A stretch of DNA of 64,000 bases, from positions 186,001 to 250,000 of the forward strand of contig NIVC01001385.1 in assembly GCA_002269645.1 (NCBI GenBank), in the 5' to 3' direction. Below are positions 1-20,642 of this stretch, in pieces. The stretch comes from Macrostomum lignano (taxonomy: Eukaryota). The first letter of the stretch is position 1; each line of letters opens with the position of its first letter. The notes below the pieces were generated by a model. It was given only the letters and a program-made list of their open reading frames with translations. It was not told where the DNA came from and did no database searches. Made by a program: the position numbers and the translations under genes.

Positions 1-519
1 GGTGTTGGAATTAAACAAACGAAACTTGAAGATAACCTATTATATTTTTAATATCACTTATTATTTGCCTAATTTAATATTTCATATAAAAAACTAAATT
101 TAATAAAAACTTAAAGCTTAACAGAGAACTTACTTTGAAATGTCTTCTGTTTTAGTCCAATTTGTTATACTTATACTATAGGACTAATATATAGCAGTTT
201 GGGGCAGTATCCCAGGCATATTTTAGGGAGACCCATTGGGGAAATGAATATGTTAGGTGGTCACCAAACTGACTGTTACCAAAGTAACTGTAATTTTAAA
301 TGTAGGCCTATGCCTATACCAGGATACCCCAAATCAAATTTACTAATGCATGCTAATTTCAAGCAAATGCATAGGGGCCTATTGATGTCAAACAAATCTA
401 TAATAGTAGGGCCTATATGCTAATAATGGATTAGAAGAATAGATTGTAGGCCCTTATGCCCTAATGAAATTCAGACTGCGTATCAGACTGATGTATATAT
501 ATAGGCCCCTATATATAGA

Positions 520-1095
520 CCAGTGTGCGGATCATGTACCCGTGTACGCCGGAAAAAATTCGGGCGTCAAGGACTTTGTACGCCAGTGTACGCCAAAAAC
601 AAAAAGTTGCACTCAAATGTACACTAAAAATTCCAAAAAAAGGGTCATTCGGTTTTCACGAGTAGAGTTTTCTAGGAAAGGCTTTCGTATGAAAAGTGTC
701 TTTAAAATATTACGAATATTGTCAGTTTAAACAAACTTAAATAACACCTACAAAAAATATCATGCAAAGTTAATACTTTCAGCAAAATTTTACACTAGTT
801 TAATTTTTTTTAACTTAAAATAAGCAAAAAGTTTATCACTGACGATATAAATTTTCCTTTACTTTATGTAAAAACATTAATTTACATTACAATTTTCATG
901 CACGGCATGAATTGATTCACCAAAATTTGTACGCCAAAAAAGTATGCGTGGCTGTGTTACTTGTGTACGCCAATAGTGTACGCCAACAAAGTGCGCCAGG
1001 GGTTGTGTACGCCGATTGTGTACGCCAAGGACTGAGGGTGGCCGTTTTGTACGCCGGAAAAGTTCCGGCGTACATGCATACCATCCGCAACCTGG
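520..1095. mobile_element. Non-autonomous DNA transposon (MITE), hAT-like
   Basis: Imperfect TIRs CCAGTGTGCGGAT (520) / ATCCGCAACCTGG (to 1095), extending inward to GTACGCCGGAA/TTCCGGCGTAC. Exact 8-bp TSD TATATAGA at 512-519 and 1096-1103. About a dozen subterminal TGTACGCC motifs. No transposase. Confidence 0.8.
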
Positions 1096-1321
1096 TATAT
1101 AGACTGTGTATATATATTAGCATTTAATATAATTATCAAATATAATCTCAACATTGCTTATTATGACAATGGTGATATGTCTATGTGCTATTTGCCTATT
1201 TTCCCACATTTTTTTGCATTGCAAACTAAACTATCATATTTCAATTTGTTAGGTAGGCCTATAGGCCTAAGGCTAATGTATAAAATTTTTGAGAAAGTTT
1301 CTAAATAGGCCTATTCAGTTA

Positions 1322-1491
1322 TGTTACAGGTGTGTTTCCTGTCCACCGATAATCCCACTAATCGCCACCAAAGTTGTTACAGGCCTTTTGGCTCTCTCTC
1401 TGTAAATTCCACCGCTGAGTCACTAAAGTTGTTACAGGCCTTTTGGCTCTCTCTCTGTAAATTCCACCGCTGAGTCACCAAAGTTGTTACA
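1322..1491 (-). repeat. Three tandem 53-55 bp units, each LTR-end-like CCTGTAACA + ACTT + PBS-like TGGTG...
   Basis: TGTTACAGG recurs at 1322, 1375, 1430 and 1485. On the minus strand three are followed by ACTT-T(G/A)GTG. Two spacers are near-identical and the third is unrelated. Confidence 0.7.
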
Positions 1492-2158
1492 GGGCTAATT
1501 TACTAATCTCTTAAGTGCTCTTCTTAGATTGGTAGCTGCCACCAAGATTATTCAATTAATAAATTATGAGTTTATCAATATTAGAATAATCTGAGAATAT
1601 TTCTTAGAATAGGTCTAAATATTTAGTCTGAGTATTTAGTCTGAGTATTAGTCTGAGTATTAGTCTTAGAAAGACTGTTAACCCTGAAAGATTTTACTCT
1701 TCTGATTAGTCTGGTAGCGTTCTATTATTCTGGTAGCGTTCTATTCAATAATGGCCTGAGCGGTATTTTGGCTTACTGGTATATGTATTTCATGTACTTT
1801 GCAAGTCCTTGGGCGTTACCAAGATCAGAGGGTCACAGCCTTTGTTATTCTTATACGTCTTACTTCAGATCTACTTCACAACTTCTTACTACTCAACACT
1901 TTCCTTCTTAGTAGTATATATGGTACACACCTCCGTCTACTTCACTCTTACTTCTTAAAGGAATGAATATAGAAAACACTTCTTCAATTCTTATTTTCTC
2001 GGAACTCTTATTATTCGTTTCAACTATTTTGTTAGTGAACTGCGGTGTGTGAGGTTGCTTCTTCTCCGCTGAATTTGCTTGTATTTATACTAATTTTACT
2101 TGTAGATTAAAAAAAAATTTATTTGTAAAATATTATGAGAAAATCGTACAGTATAACA
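1485..2158 (-). mobile_element. Putative LTR (5' LTR of a minus-strand element)
   Basis: Termini TGTTACA...TATAACA. Minus-strand TATA box (GTATAAATAC at 2081-2090). PBS-like sequence follows 4 nt after the end. No second LTR or TSD seen. Confidence 0.4.
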
Positions 2159-3589
2159 AACTATTTACTTAGCATTTAGGCACAAATTTAAAAACATTAT
2201 TACTCGTACAATTATAGATCGCCCTGCACAGTTACTATTTAGGGCCCTATCTATAGCTATAGGGGTCTAATAAATATTTTGCCATTTCCTGCTATACTAA
2301 TTAGTGCCACTCTACTTTTCCTATTGCTGCACTGTCATGCTGCAACATGGCTACAAATATTCCACACTGACTTGCAATTTATAAAATGCTAGGCCTAGAC
2401 ATGTCTAGAAAATTGTTTATACAATTTGTAACATGTCTATAACTAAAAATACTGGTATTTACTAACTTTTTTCCATACCACAACACGACTTGCCTTGACT
2501 CTAGTCACAATGTGACACTGGAAAATAGGCCTTAGCAAAATTGTAGCAAATGGTTAGATGCTTTTTGTCTACTTATTCCAATAGAAATAATCATTTATTT
2601 AAGTTTGGCTTGGATTTAAACATAAAAAAATTTTATTCTAGCATATACTATTAAATATAAATGGCAGATTAGCAAGTACTTCAATTATATTATATAATCA
2701 ATAGTATATTTATACTCTCAGAGGCAAAGATATATTAGTCATGCAATATATGTATCTTATTTAGCAATGAGGCATGAGCTTATTAATATTTCTTATGAAG
2801 ATTAAACTGGAAACTATTATTAATTTTATAAGCATTTGTTTGATGATTAAGCCTAAAAATAGAAAAAAGTAGTAAAAAGCCAGCAAAATTATATAAAAGG
2901 TTATTAATTGCAAATTTGTCTTAGTTTACCACAATTTATACTAGTCATATCAGCCTTGTTAGTCAGTAGTTGGTTATGAAGTTATGTATAAAAATTGAAA
3001 TAAGGCTTGGTTTATTTCATATTGAGATAGGACTAACTGGATCTACCATTGTTAGACTTAGACACAAAGTTCGCAAGCTGTTGTTTGTAGTAATGACTAT
3101 CATTTTTTAATATGTATATTTGGCTAAATTGATTGCAAAATAAAATAAAAAAGTAAAAAAGAATGATATGCAATGAAGATGGCTTTAAATTTTTTATTCA
3201 TTTTGGTATAAGACATGATAAGCATGTTTATGATTATATATTAGAACACAAGATTCGAATGCCAATGATTTTTTTAGATTTTTAGTATTTTGAAAATAAA
3301 TAGAATTGTGACTGTAATCAATATACTTTAAGTTCAATGTGCCTTTTGATTTTTAATGTTTTCTACACATTTTTTGTTGCAATATGGATGTAATATTCAA
3401 AGAATATTCCATTGAACAAAAATAACAACTTTCTACAAACTACTCTACTTATAGTAGTAAGTACAGGCAATCTTCGCCCCCGATGGGGGACATCTAGATA
3501 GAATATCTGTTCTCTAAAAGTAATAAAAAGACAGCGAAATAAAGCTTTCACAAAGACAACAGACATTCCATCTAAAAAGAAAACATCCC

Positions 3590-4215
3590 AAGACAGCAAG
3601 CATCTCCCCAGATAGCAAGCACCCCCCAGATAGCAAAACCCCTCCCCCTCAATATGGCAAGTACCCTCCCGCCGAGAGCAAGCCTCTTGCCTCCCAAATA
3701 TTAAGCATCCCCAGATAGCAAGCATCCCCACACAGTATGCAAGCATCTCCCAGATAGCAAGAATCCCCCAGATAGCAAGCATCCCCAGAAAGCATGCAAG
3801 CATCCCCCAGATAGAAAGAATCCCCCAGATAGCAAGCATCCCCCAGATAGCAATAATCCCCCAGATAGCAAGCATCTCCCAGATAGCAAGCATCCCTCAG
3901 ATAGCAAGCATCCCCAGACAGCATGCAAGCATCTCCCAGATAGCAAGCATCCCCCAGAGCAAGCATCCCCCAGATAACAAGCATCCCCCAGATAGCAAGC
4001 ATCCCCCAGATAGCCAGAATCCCCCAGATAGCAAGCATCCCCCAGATAGCCAGAATCCCCCAGATAGCAAGCATCCCCCAGATAGCAAGCATCCCCCAGA
4101 TAGCCAGAATCCCCCAGATAGCAAGCATCCCCCAGATAGCAAGCATCCCCCAGATAGCCAGAATCCCCCAGATAGCAAGCATCCCCCAGATAGCAAGCAT
4201 CCCCCAGATAGCAAG
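3590..4215. repeat. 18-bp minisatellite (CCCCCAGATAGCAAGCAT)n
   Basis: Direct tandem repeat; source of the MLAIWG / GGCLLS artefact ORFs. Confidence 0.95.
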
Positions 4216-4315
4216 AATCCCATTAATTCCCATTAATCCCATCTCATTAAGAATCCAAGCCAATTGTTAAGTATAATCAGTCTCGCCTTGCTTATTATTT
4301 ATTGCCTTGCAGATC

Positions 4316-7300
4316 ATGTCGCTCCGCTGCACAGATTGCTCTTCGGCCTTCTTTAGCCAGAAGCTGCTTAATCAGCACAAAAGAAAATGCACCGCAGCGG
4401 GTAGTAAAAAGACTCGATTCACCGTGTCAGTGCGAATGCCAGACGAGGAGGTCGCCGAGGTGGCCAGATCAGCGGCCGCTCAGCAGCAAGTGGATCAGGC
4501 GGTTGAAGAATCAACAGTTGTTGCATCGCCGCAGGCGGCTGACCAGCAGCAGCAGCAGCAGGAAGAGCAGCGGGACCATCAGCAGGAGCAGCCGCCGCCG
4601 CTGCCTGCTGTACACTTGAGCATCGGCGATGCCGAGAATGTCAGCCCTGCTGGCGGTGGCGGTGGTGTCGCTGTCCGCAGTGCCGTGGTGTCGCAGCAGC
4701 AGCAGCAGCATCACACCCGCCTGCTGCGCACCGACATTCCACTGCGTTCGCCAGTCGACAGGCGTCGGGTTGCTTGCAACGCCTGCGGCAAGATGTTCAC
4801 CGGTGCTCGCTGCTGCAACTGGCTGGCCGATCACCTGCGCATTGAACACCTTGACCAGCCGCCTCACGCTTGCCCGCACTGTGGCGCTCTGTTCGTGTAC
4901 TTTGACACGCTGCAGGTGTGTGTGTGTGCATGAGGTTGTAGTGCCTTAGTCCGCTTTGCAGTTTTCTGGATACAGAATACAGTAGAGAGCCACAGCTCTA
5001 TAGGGTCCTCATTTACTGGTTCACTAATCTCCCACAGTGTCAGTTGCTGGGCCAGCCGCCCAGTTCCTCAGTTGCTGGGCCAGCCGCCCAGATCCTCAGT
5101 TGCTGGGCCAGCCGCCCAGATCCTCAGTTGCTGGGCCAGCCGCCCAGATCCTCAATTGCTGGGCCAGCCGCCCAGATCCTCAGTTGCTGGGCCAGCCTCC
5201 CAGATCCTCAGTTGCTGGGCCAGCTTCCCAGAATGTCAGTTGCTGGGCCAGCCGCCCAGTTCCTCAGTTGCTGGGCCAGCCGCCCAGATCCTCAATTGCT
5301 GGGCCAGCCGCCCAGATCCTCAGTTGCTGGGCCAGCCTCCCAGATCCTCAGTTGCTGGGCCAGCTTCCCAGAATGTCAGTTGCTGGGCCAGCCGCCCAGT
5401 TCCTCAGTTGCTGGGCCAGCCGCCCAGATCCTCAGTTGCTGGGCCAGCCGCCCAGATCCTCAGTTGCTGGGCCAGCCGCCCAGATCCTCAGTTGCTGGGC
5501 CAGCCTCCCAGATCCTCAGTTGCTGGGCCAGCTTCCCAGAATGTCAGTTGCTGGGCCAGCCTTCCAAATCCTCAGTTGCTGGGTCAGCCTCCCAAACCCT
5601 CAGTTGCTGGGCCAGCCTCCCAGATCCTCAGTTGCTGGGCCAGCCTCCCAGCTGCTTAGGCAGTGGTCAATAAATGATCAAAGGTGCAGTCCGCCCGCCG
5701 CCCCACCTCCCTCTCCCAGGAACACGTGACCGCCAATCACGGCTCGGATGGCAGCAGAGCCGTTGTCGCCGCCGGAACCTCTGGCGACTCTGGCAGCAGC
5801 GACGCCAAACAGCAACAGGAGCAGGCGGAGGCCTCGGCTGGCGAAGGCTACGCTTATTGCTGCGGCCTCTGTAACGAGACCTATACGGACCTGCCTCTGT
5901 TGCTGAAGCATTTCTCCGATCTGCACCCGGAGTTCGCCTCCCAAGACGAATTGGTAGCGGCGGCCACCGCTCCGCTGCAGCAGCAGCAGCAGCAGATTCT
6001 GTACGCGTGCACCCTGTGCTCGCAGAGCTTCGATCAGCTGATGTCTGGCCAGCTGCATTTGCAGCGCAATCATCCCAATGAGTGGCGGCAGGTATATGCA
6101 GGCTCTAGTAGTTGACTCGGGGGGATGGGAATTGGAATAGAAATGCACTGCTGAAAACTTAATTGTCAGTTAGTCAAATGCATCCCATCATTAATCCCAA
6201 GTCTTACGCTGACACAGCTGAATAAAAAGGTAATTTTATGCTAGTTTCAACTACTACTTCTTCAGCTAGGGTCGTAGCCTAGTGGTTAGAGCGTCGGACT
6301 TGCGACTTGAAGGTCGGGGTTCGATTCCCGATCCTCCCACTGGAACAATTTGTGTCCTTGAGAAAGACACTTAAAACTCTGCATTGCTTCAGTTCATTCC
6401 AGCTGTAAAATGGGTGCCAGCATTAGCTGGGGTGATTGAGGGGGTGTGTGGCGACCCCCCCCCCCTCTGGGTGCCACTGAGTAGCCTATATCCAGTATAT
6501 CACCATCGCCAACTCCACCCAGATCGTGTGCTGCCCAGTCTGCCAGCTCAACTGCAAGACCGAGTCGCTCAACAAGACTCACATCTGGTCGGTTCACACC
6601 AATCCGAAATCATTGCCGGAAGGTCCCGTGCCCTGTCGTCTCTGCGTGTCTGCCAGAGTACAACAGCTTGGCAACAAGTCTGCCCAAGAGGCGGCCATGT
6701 TCGCCGGGCCGGAGCAGCTGTACGAGCACTACACCGCTGTACACTCCAAGCCGATGTCCGCTTTCATTGTTGAGACAACAGCGGCCGCCGTGGCCGCTGG
6801 CGGTGACACCCTGTATGAGTGCGGCGGCTGCAAGGCCCGCTATAAAGACCGAATGCTGCTGGAGGCTCACTTCCAGGCTGGTATGTTAAATAAGGTCTTT
6901 GTTAACGTGGCTCTTTTAAGTGAGACTGACTGAATTCCCTCTCTAACTCTGAGAATTGCCTGACTGAATTCCCTCTCTGACTCTGAGAATGGCCTGACTG
7001 AATTCCCTCTCTGACTTTGAGAATGACCTGACTGAATTCCCTCTCTGAGAATGGCCTGACTGAATTCCCTCTCTGAGAATGGCCTGACTGAATTCCCTCT
7101 CTGACTTTGAGAATGACCTGACTGAATTCCCTCTCTGAGAATGACCTGACTGAATTCCCTCTCTGAGAATGGCCTGACTGAATTCCCTCTCTGACTTTGA
7201 GAATGACCTGACTGAATTCCCTCTCTGACTTTGAGAATGACCTGACTGAATTCCCTCTCTGAGAATGACCTGACTGAATTCCCTCTCTGAGAATGGCCTG

Positions 7301-7707
7301 ACTGAATTCCCTCTCTGACTTTGAGAATGACCTGACTGAATTCCCTCTCTGAGAATGGCCTGACTGAATTCCCTCTCTGACTCTGAGAATGGCCTGACTG
7401 AATTCCCTCTCTGACTCTGAGAATGGCCTGACTGAATTCCCTCTCTGAGAATGACCTGACTAAATTCCCTCTCTAACTCTGAGAATGGCCTGACTGAATT
7501 CCCTCTCTGACTCTGAGAATGGCCTGACTGAATTCCCTCTCTGACTCTGAGAATGGCCTGACTGAATTCCCTCTCTGAGAATGGCCTGACCCTTCGGCCC
7601 CACAACCTGCAGGCTGTCCATCACTGGCGGCTTCCAGTTCCGAGGCGCAGCTCACCGACGCCGTGGACGATGCTGCCTACCTGCAGTCGAGCGTGCTGAC
7701 GGCTTGA
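4316..7707 (+). CDS. Multi-C2H2 zinc-finger protein, 4 exons (4316-4915, 5720-6091, 6523-6880, 7613-7707), ~474 aa
   Basis: GT-AG junctions with matching phases (0,0,1). Eight CxxC...H...H/C fingers, two completed only after splicing (CPHC...LQ|EHVTANH and CGGC...HFQA|GC). An AG acceptor at 4311-4312 implies an upstream exon. Confidence 0.85.
5037..5655. repeat. 28-bp intronic minisatellite (CAGTTGCTGGGCCAGCCGCCCAGATCCT)n
   Basis: Tandem repeat filling intron 1 of the zinc-finger gene. Confidence 0.95.
6269..6480 (+). mobile_element. tRNA-derived SINE
   Basis: A box TAGCCTAGTGG, B box GGTTCGATTCC, then body GTGTCCTTGAGAAAGACACTTAA...CAGCTGTAAAATGGGTGCCAGCATTAGCTGG shared with the copy at 23.6-23.9 kb. 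Lies in intron 2 of the ZF gene. Confidence 0.85.
6925..7590. repeat. 26/34-bp intronic minisatellite (CTGACTGAATTCCCTCTCTGA[CTCTGA]GAATGGC)n
   Basis: Tandem repeat filling ZF intron 3 almost up to the acceptor. Confidence 0.95.
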
Positions 7708-8099
7708 GCTGTTGGCTTGAGCATAGTTATTACTGCTCACGTGACAGGCAGCTGAAACTCTCAATAATACAATCGTCTGACTGTGCTATTTTTGTATTTA
7801 TTTTTTTGCAATCCGCTTACAATTATACTAATATACTGTTTATCTGTTGTAATTTTTAATCGCTCTGTGTCTCATTAATTACCTGCTACTATTAGCTATT
7901 ACTAGCACAGTTGTTTCTCTAGCTGTGTATTTGCACTTACGTAATTAATCAACTAGTTCACATATTGTTATTTGCAAATTGACCAAACCTTTTTTAGGAA
8001 TCGTTGCATACTTTCTCAGAAAGAGTAATCTCCGTTTGTAAGAGTGGCCGCTCGCATTCTAAGAAACTTCAATGGCCTATCACTTTCTTAGAATACCCA

Positions 8100-8705
8100 G
8101 TCTTTTCTTAGAAATGTCGCATCATTTTTTAAGAATTGCTGCTCCTTTCTAAGAAACGCCATTTCTTTCTTAGAATCGTCACTCCGTTTTTAGAAATCGA
8201 CAACTCATTTCTAATAGTCACTCTCTTATAACGGTCACTCCCCTTCTTATAATGGCTACTCCCTTTCTTAGAATGGCCTATCCAGTTATTCAAATAATCG
8301 CTCATTTTCTTAGAATAAGCTGGCAACATCTTTTTGAGAATCACCACTCCCGTTCTTAGAATCGCCTCCCTGTCTTAGAATTGCCATTCCCTTTCTAAGA
8401 ATCATAACTCCCGTTCTTAGAATCGCCTCCCTTTCTTAGAATTGCCATTCCCTTTCTAAGAATCATCGCTCCCGTTCTTAGAATCGCCTCCCTTTCTTAG
8501 AATTGCCATTCCCTTTCTAAGAATCATCGCTCCCGTTCTTAGAATCGCCTCCCTTTCTTAGAATTACCATTCCCTTTCTAAGAATCATCGCTCCCGTTCT
8601 TAGAATCGCCTCCCTTTCTTAGAATTGCCATTCCCTTTCTAAGAATCATCACTCCCGTTCTTAGAATCACATTTCTTTAGAAAAAACGCTGCTTCTTTCT
8701 AAGAA
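8100..8705. repeat. Degenerate ~20-bp (TTAGAAT...CCCTTTC) satellite with a ~60-bp higher-order unit
   Basis: Repeated TTCTTAGAAT/TTCTAAGAAT motifs, near-perfect ~60-bp units at 8350-8660. Lies between two convergent genes. Confidence 0.85.
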
Positions 8706-9012
8706 TCGGCATTCACCCATCAGCACAGTGTTGCGAATTCAATGAGATCACCTGCTACAATTTTATTTATCAAAAGACACCCATTATTAACTTGCTATAA
8801 AAACTCGTAACTTACGAAGAAAAATGAACTCCAATAAAGGTTTCCGAAGGCGTCTCCTTGCTGCTGCAATTTGCATAGTTATTAACCATTTGTAAAACTA
8901 CAGATTGTGTATTGTTTTGATTAAATTATTTTGTCTTTAATCAACAGTAATCAGAAAGTCTACAGTGGCCCGTCGTCAAAAGTCCGTTTTTAATTGAGCC
9001 ATAATTAATCAA

Positions 9013-18584
<9,572 letters not shown>

Positions 18585-18826
18585 TGAAGCCGGGCGTTGG
18601 ATCGAGTTAGCAGACTGGTGACTAAAAAAGCTTTCTACGTGTCTTTTTTCAGTTAATTTTTACGCCTATTTTCTTCAGATTGAACGCTTTCACTCGAGGT
18701 GGTATCAAGTGCTCAAATAGTAGTTTGAGTCATAGACTACTCCTGACCGACTGACTGACTATTCTCAGATCGATGCAGCAGCAGTGTCGCTGAAGGTTGA
18801 TTAATATACTCGTATTTGGTGTTAAT

Positions 18827-20030
18827 CATGGATGAATAATATAACTGGATCGCCAGAAGCTCGATTTTTTTTGGTCCTAGCCATAGACAAGCACCAGCAT
18901 CACAGGAAGCTCAGAATGCCGTACTTTCACACATAGACAAATAGCCGCTGCAGAAGCTGCAAACCTTTATTTATAAGTATTCTATTTTATGTCCAAGCAC
19001 ATGCTTGCAATATATGCAGGGCGGCAAAAGATGGCTTCGCGAGATGAATAAGGACGTCAGAATTTGTGCTGCAATCGGATGCCTATCCAAAAGTGGACAA
19101 GGCACGAAACCTGTCACCCTTTTTTCTTATCCTATCGGTGATCCGTATCGACTAGCGCAGTGGAACAGCAATGTGCAAGCAAAGCCACATTTCAAATTCG
19201 GAGCTCTTAAGTTCCTTTGTGAGCTGCACTTCGAACAGCGAGACATGCAGGCTCATGGGAGGAGCAAGCGACTGATGACTGGCGCAGTTCCGAAGCTTGA
19301 GTGGACTAAGCTTGAACCGCAAGAGCTCACTGACTTCCACGATCCAAACTCTTATGCAAACGAAGCTACTGGAGACTGTGAGTTTGAGATGCCGATGCCT
19401 GTCAGTTGCAGCGCGGCAACCACACGCACATCAGTTGACCCACCACCAAACACCTGACAGCGCCTGTTGATGCGGCTGAAGCACAAGAAGCGCACGATTA
19501 AGACTTTTTGGTCCACGCGTTGCAAAATGGAAAAGTACCGAAGCGACCTTAAAACACAAAACACGCTGTGAAAGCAACTGTGCGTCAGATGCTAACAAAA
19601 AATTATTTTCATGGGTCAGTGACTTCAAATTAGCATTGTGCGGGTGACGCCTTGAATTTATTGTCTTTACTTGACTCTCATTTGTCTTGCGCGGTTTGCT
19701 TGCAACTCATTTGGCTGTTTGTTTTCGCCTTTTATTGTTTGTTTGTTTGCTGTCTGTCTACGTGCTTGTTTGCTTACTTGCCTACTTTCGTGTCTGTTTT
19801 GTATTAATTCCTTTACATATTCGTTTTCTTCTTTGCTTGCCTTCACATTTGAAATATTTTCATTTATCCTACTAAGTATACTTATAAATAAAGGTTTGCA
19901 GCTTCTGCAGCGGCTATTTGTCTATGTGTGAAAGTACGGCATTCTGAGCTTCTTGTGATGCTGATGCTTGTCTATGGCCAGGACAAAAAAAATCGAGCTT
20001 CTGGCGATCCAGTTATATTATTCATCCATG
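18827..20030 (+). mobile_element. P-superfamily DNA transposon, internally deleted, ~154-bp TIRs
   Basis: TIRs 18827-18980 and 19878-20030 begin CATGGATGAATAATATAAC (the Drosophila P element begins CATGATGAAATAAC). 8-bp TSD GTGTTAAT/ATGTTAAT with 1 mismatch. Contains a THAP-domain ORF. Confidence 0.85.
19044..19457 (+). CDS. THAP zinc-finger domain protein (N-terminal remnant of a P-type transposase), 137 aa
   Basis: CAAIGC...LFSYPIGDPYRLAQW...LCELHF...RLMTGAVP matches the THAP C2CH, P/W/F and AVP signature. No catalytic domain follows. Confidence 0.75.
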   Translation: MNKDVRICAAIGCLSKSGQGTKPVTLFSYPIGDPYRLAQWNSNVQAKPHFKFGALKFLCELHFEQRDMQAHGRSKRLMTGAVPKLEWTKLEPQELTDFHDPNSYANEATGDCEFEMPMPVSCSAATTRTSVDPPPNT

Positions 20031-20049
20031 ATGTTAATGCGCATTTGAT

Positions 20050-20220
20050 TTTCGCCAAGAACGATGGTCAGTTGCGCCAAAATTGATGGTCAATGGCGCC
20101 AAAATTGATAGTCAGTGGCGCCAAGATAGATGGTCAGTGGCGCCAAAATCGAAGGTCAATGGCGCCAAACTATATAGCTTCTGTGGCGCTAATCGTTACA
20201 TCTGTGTGGCGCAAAAGTGT
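20050..20220. repeat. Short array of GATGGTCA(A/G)TGGCGCCAAAA motifs, probably transposon subterminal repeats
   Basis: Five to seven GCGCCAAA motifs. The start (CGCCAAGAACGATGGTCAG) recurs at ~35067, downstream of GPCR copy 2. Confidence 0.55.
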
Positions 20221-20642
20221 ACAAACGAGCCTATTTTTGTGGCCAAGCTTTCAGCCAACATACGGTAGACTAAAATTTAATGTCCGTAGGCTCACCAGAC
20301 AAAGGCGCCAACCAGTTGAAGAGCCTTGTGCATTTGATATGAAATTCAGAGGTGCATCCAGTCTGATTTATTGTTATAGTTATAAAAATGTGTAAAAAGA
20401 CACGCATTATCGATATTCACCGATAACAAATTTATGAATACAAAATTTTCCGAATATGCGCGTCTTCGATCCGAAAGCGATTTTTTAGTTCTCTTTTATT
20501 TCTTCATCCGTTTCGAATCTTTATTAAGTAGCGTATTAAAAAAACTTTATGCTTCGAGTTAAAAGTCACGGTTAAAATAATAGTTTTGCTAGATGTCATG
20601 GAGTTTATCTCCTTTAGTTCTCTCATTTTGAAAGAATTAAAT

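Noticed and set aside
1322-1491. CRISPR array
   Set aside because: Eukaryotic context, no cas genes, only three units with two near-identical spacers; the repeat is better explained as an LTR end plus PBS.
6269-6345. Functional tRNA gene
   Set aside because: A and B boxes are present, but there is no convincing acceptor stem, and the sequence continues into a body shared with a second diverged copy at 23.6-23.9 kb, so it is a SINE.
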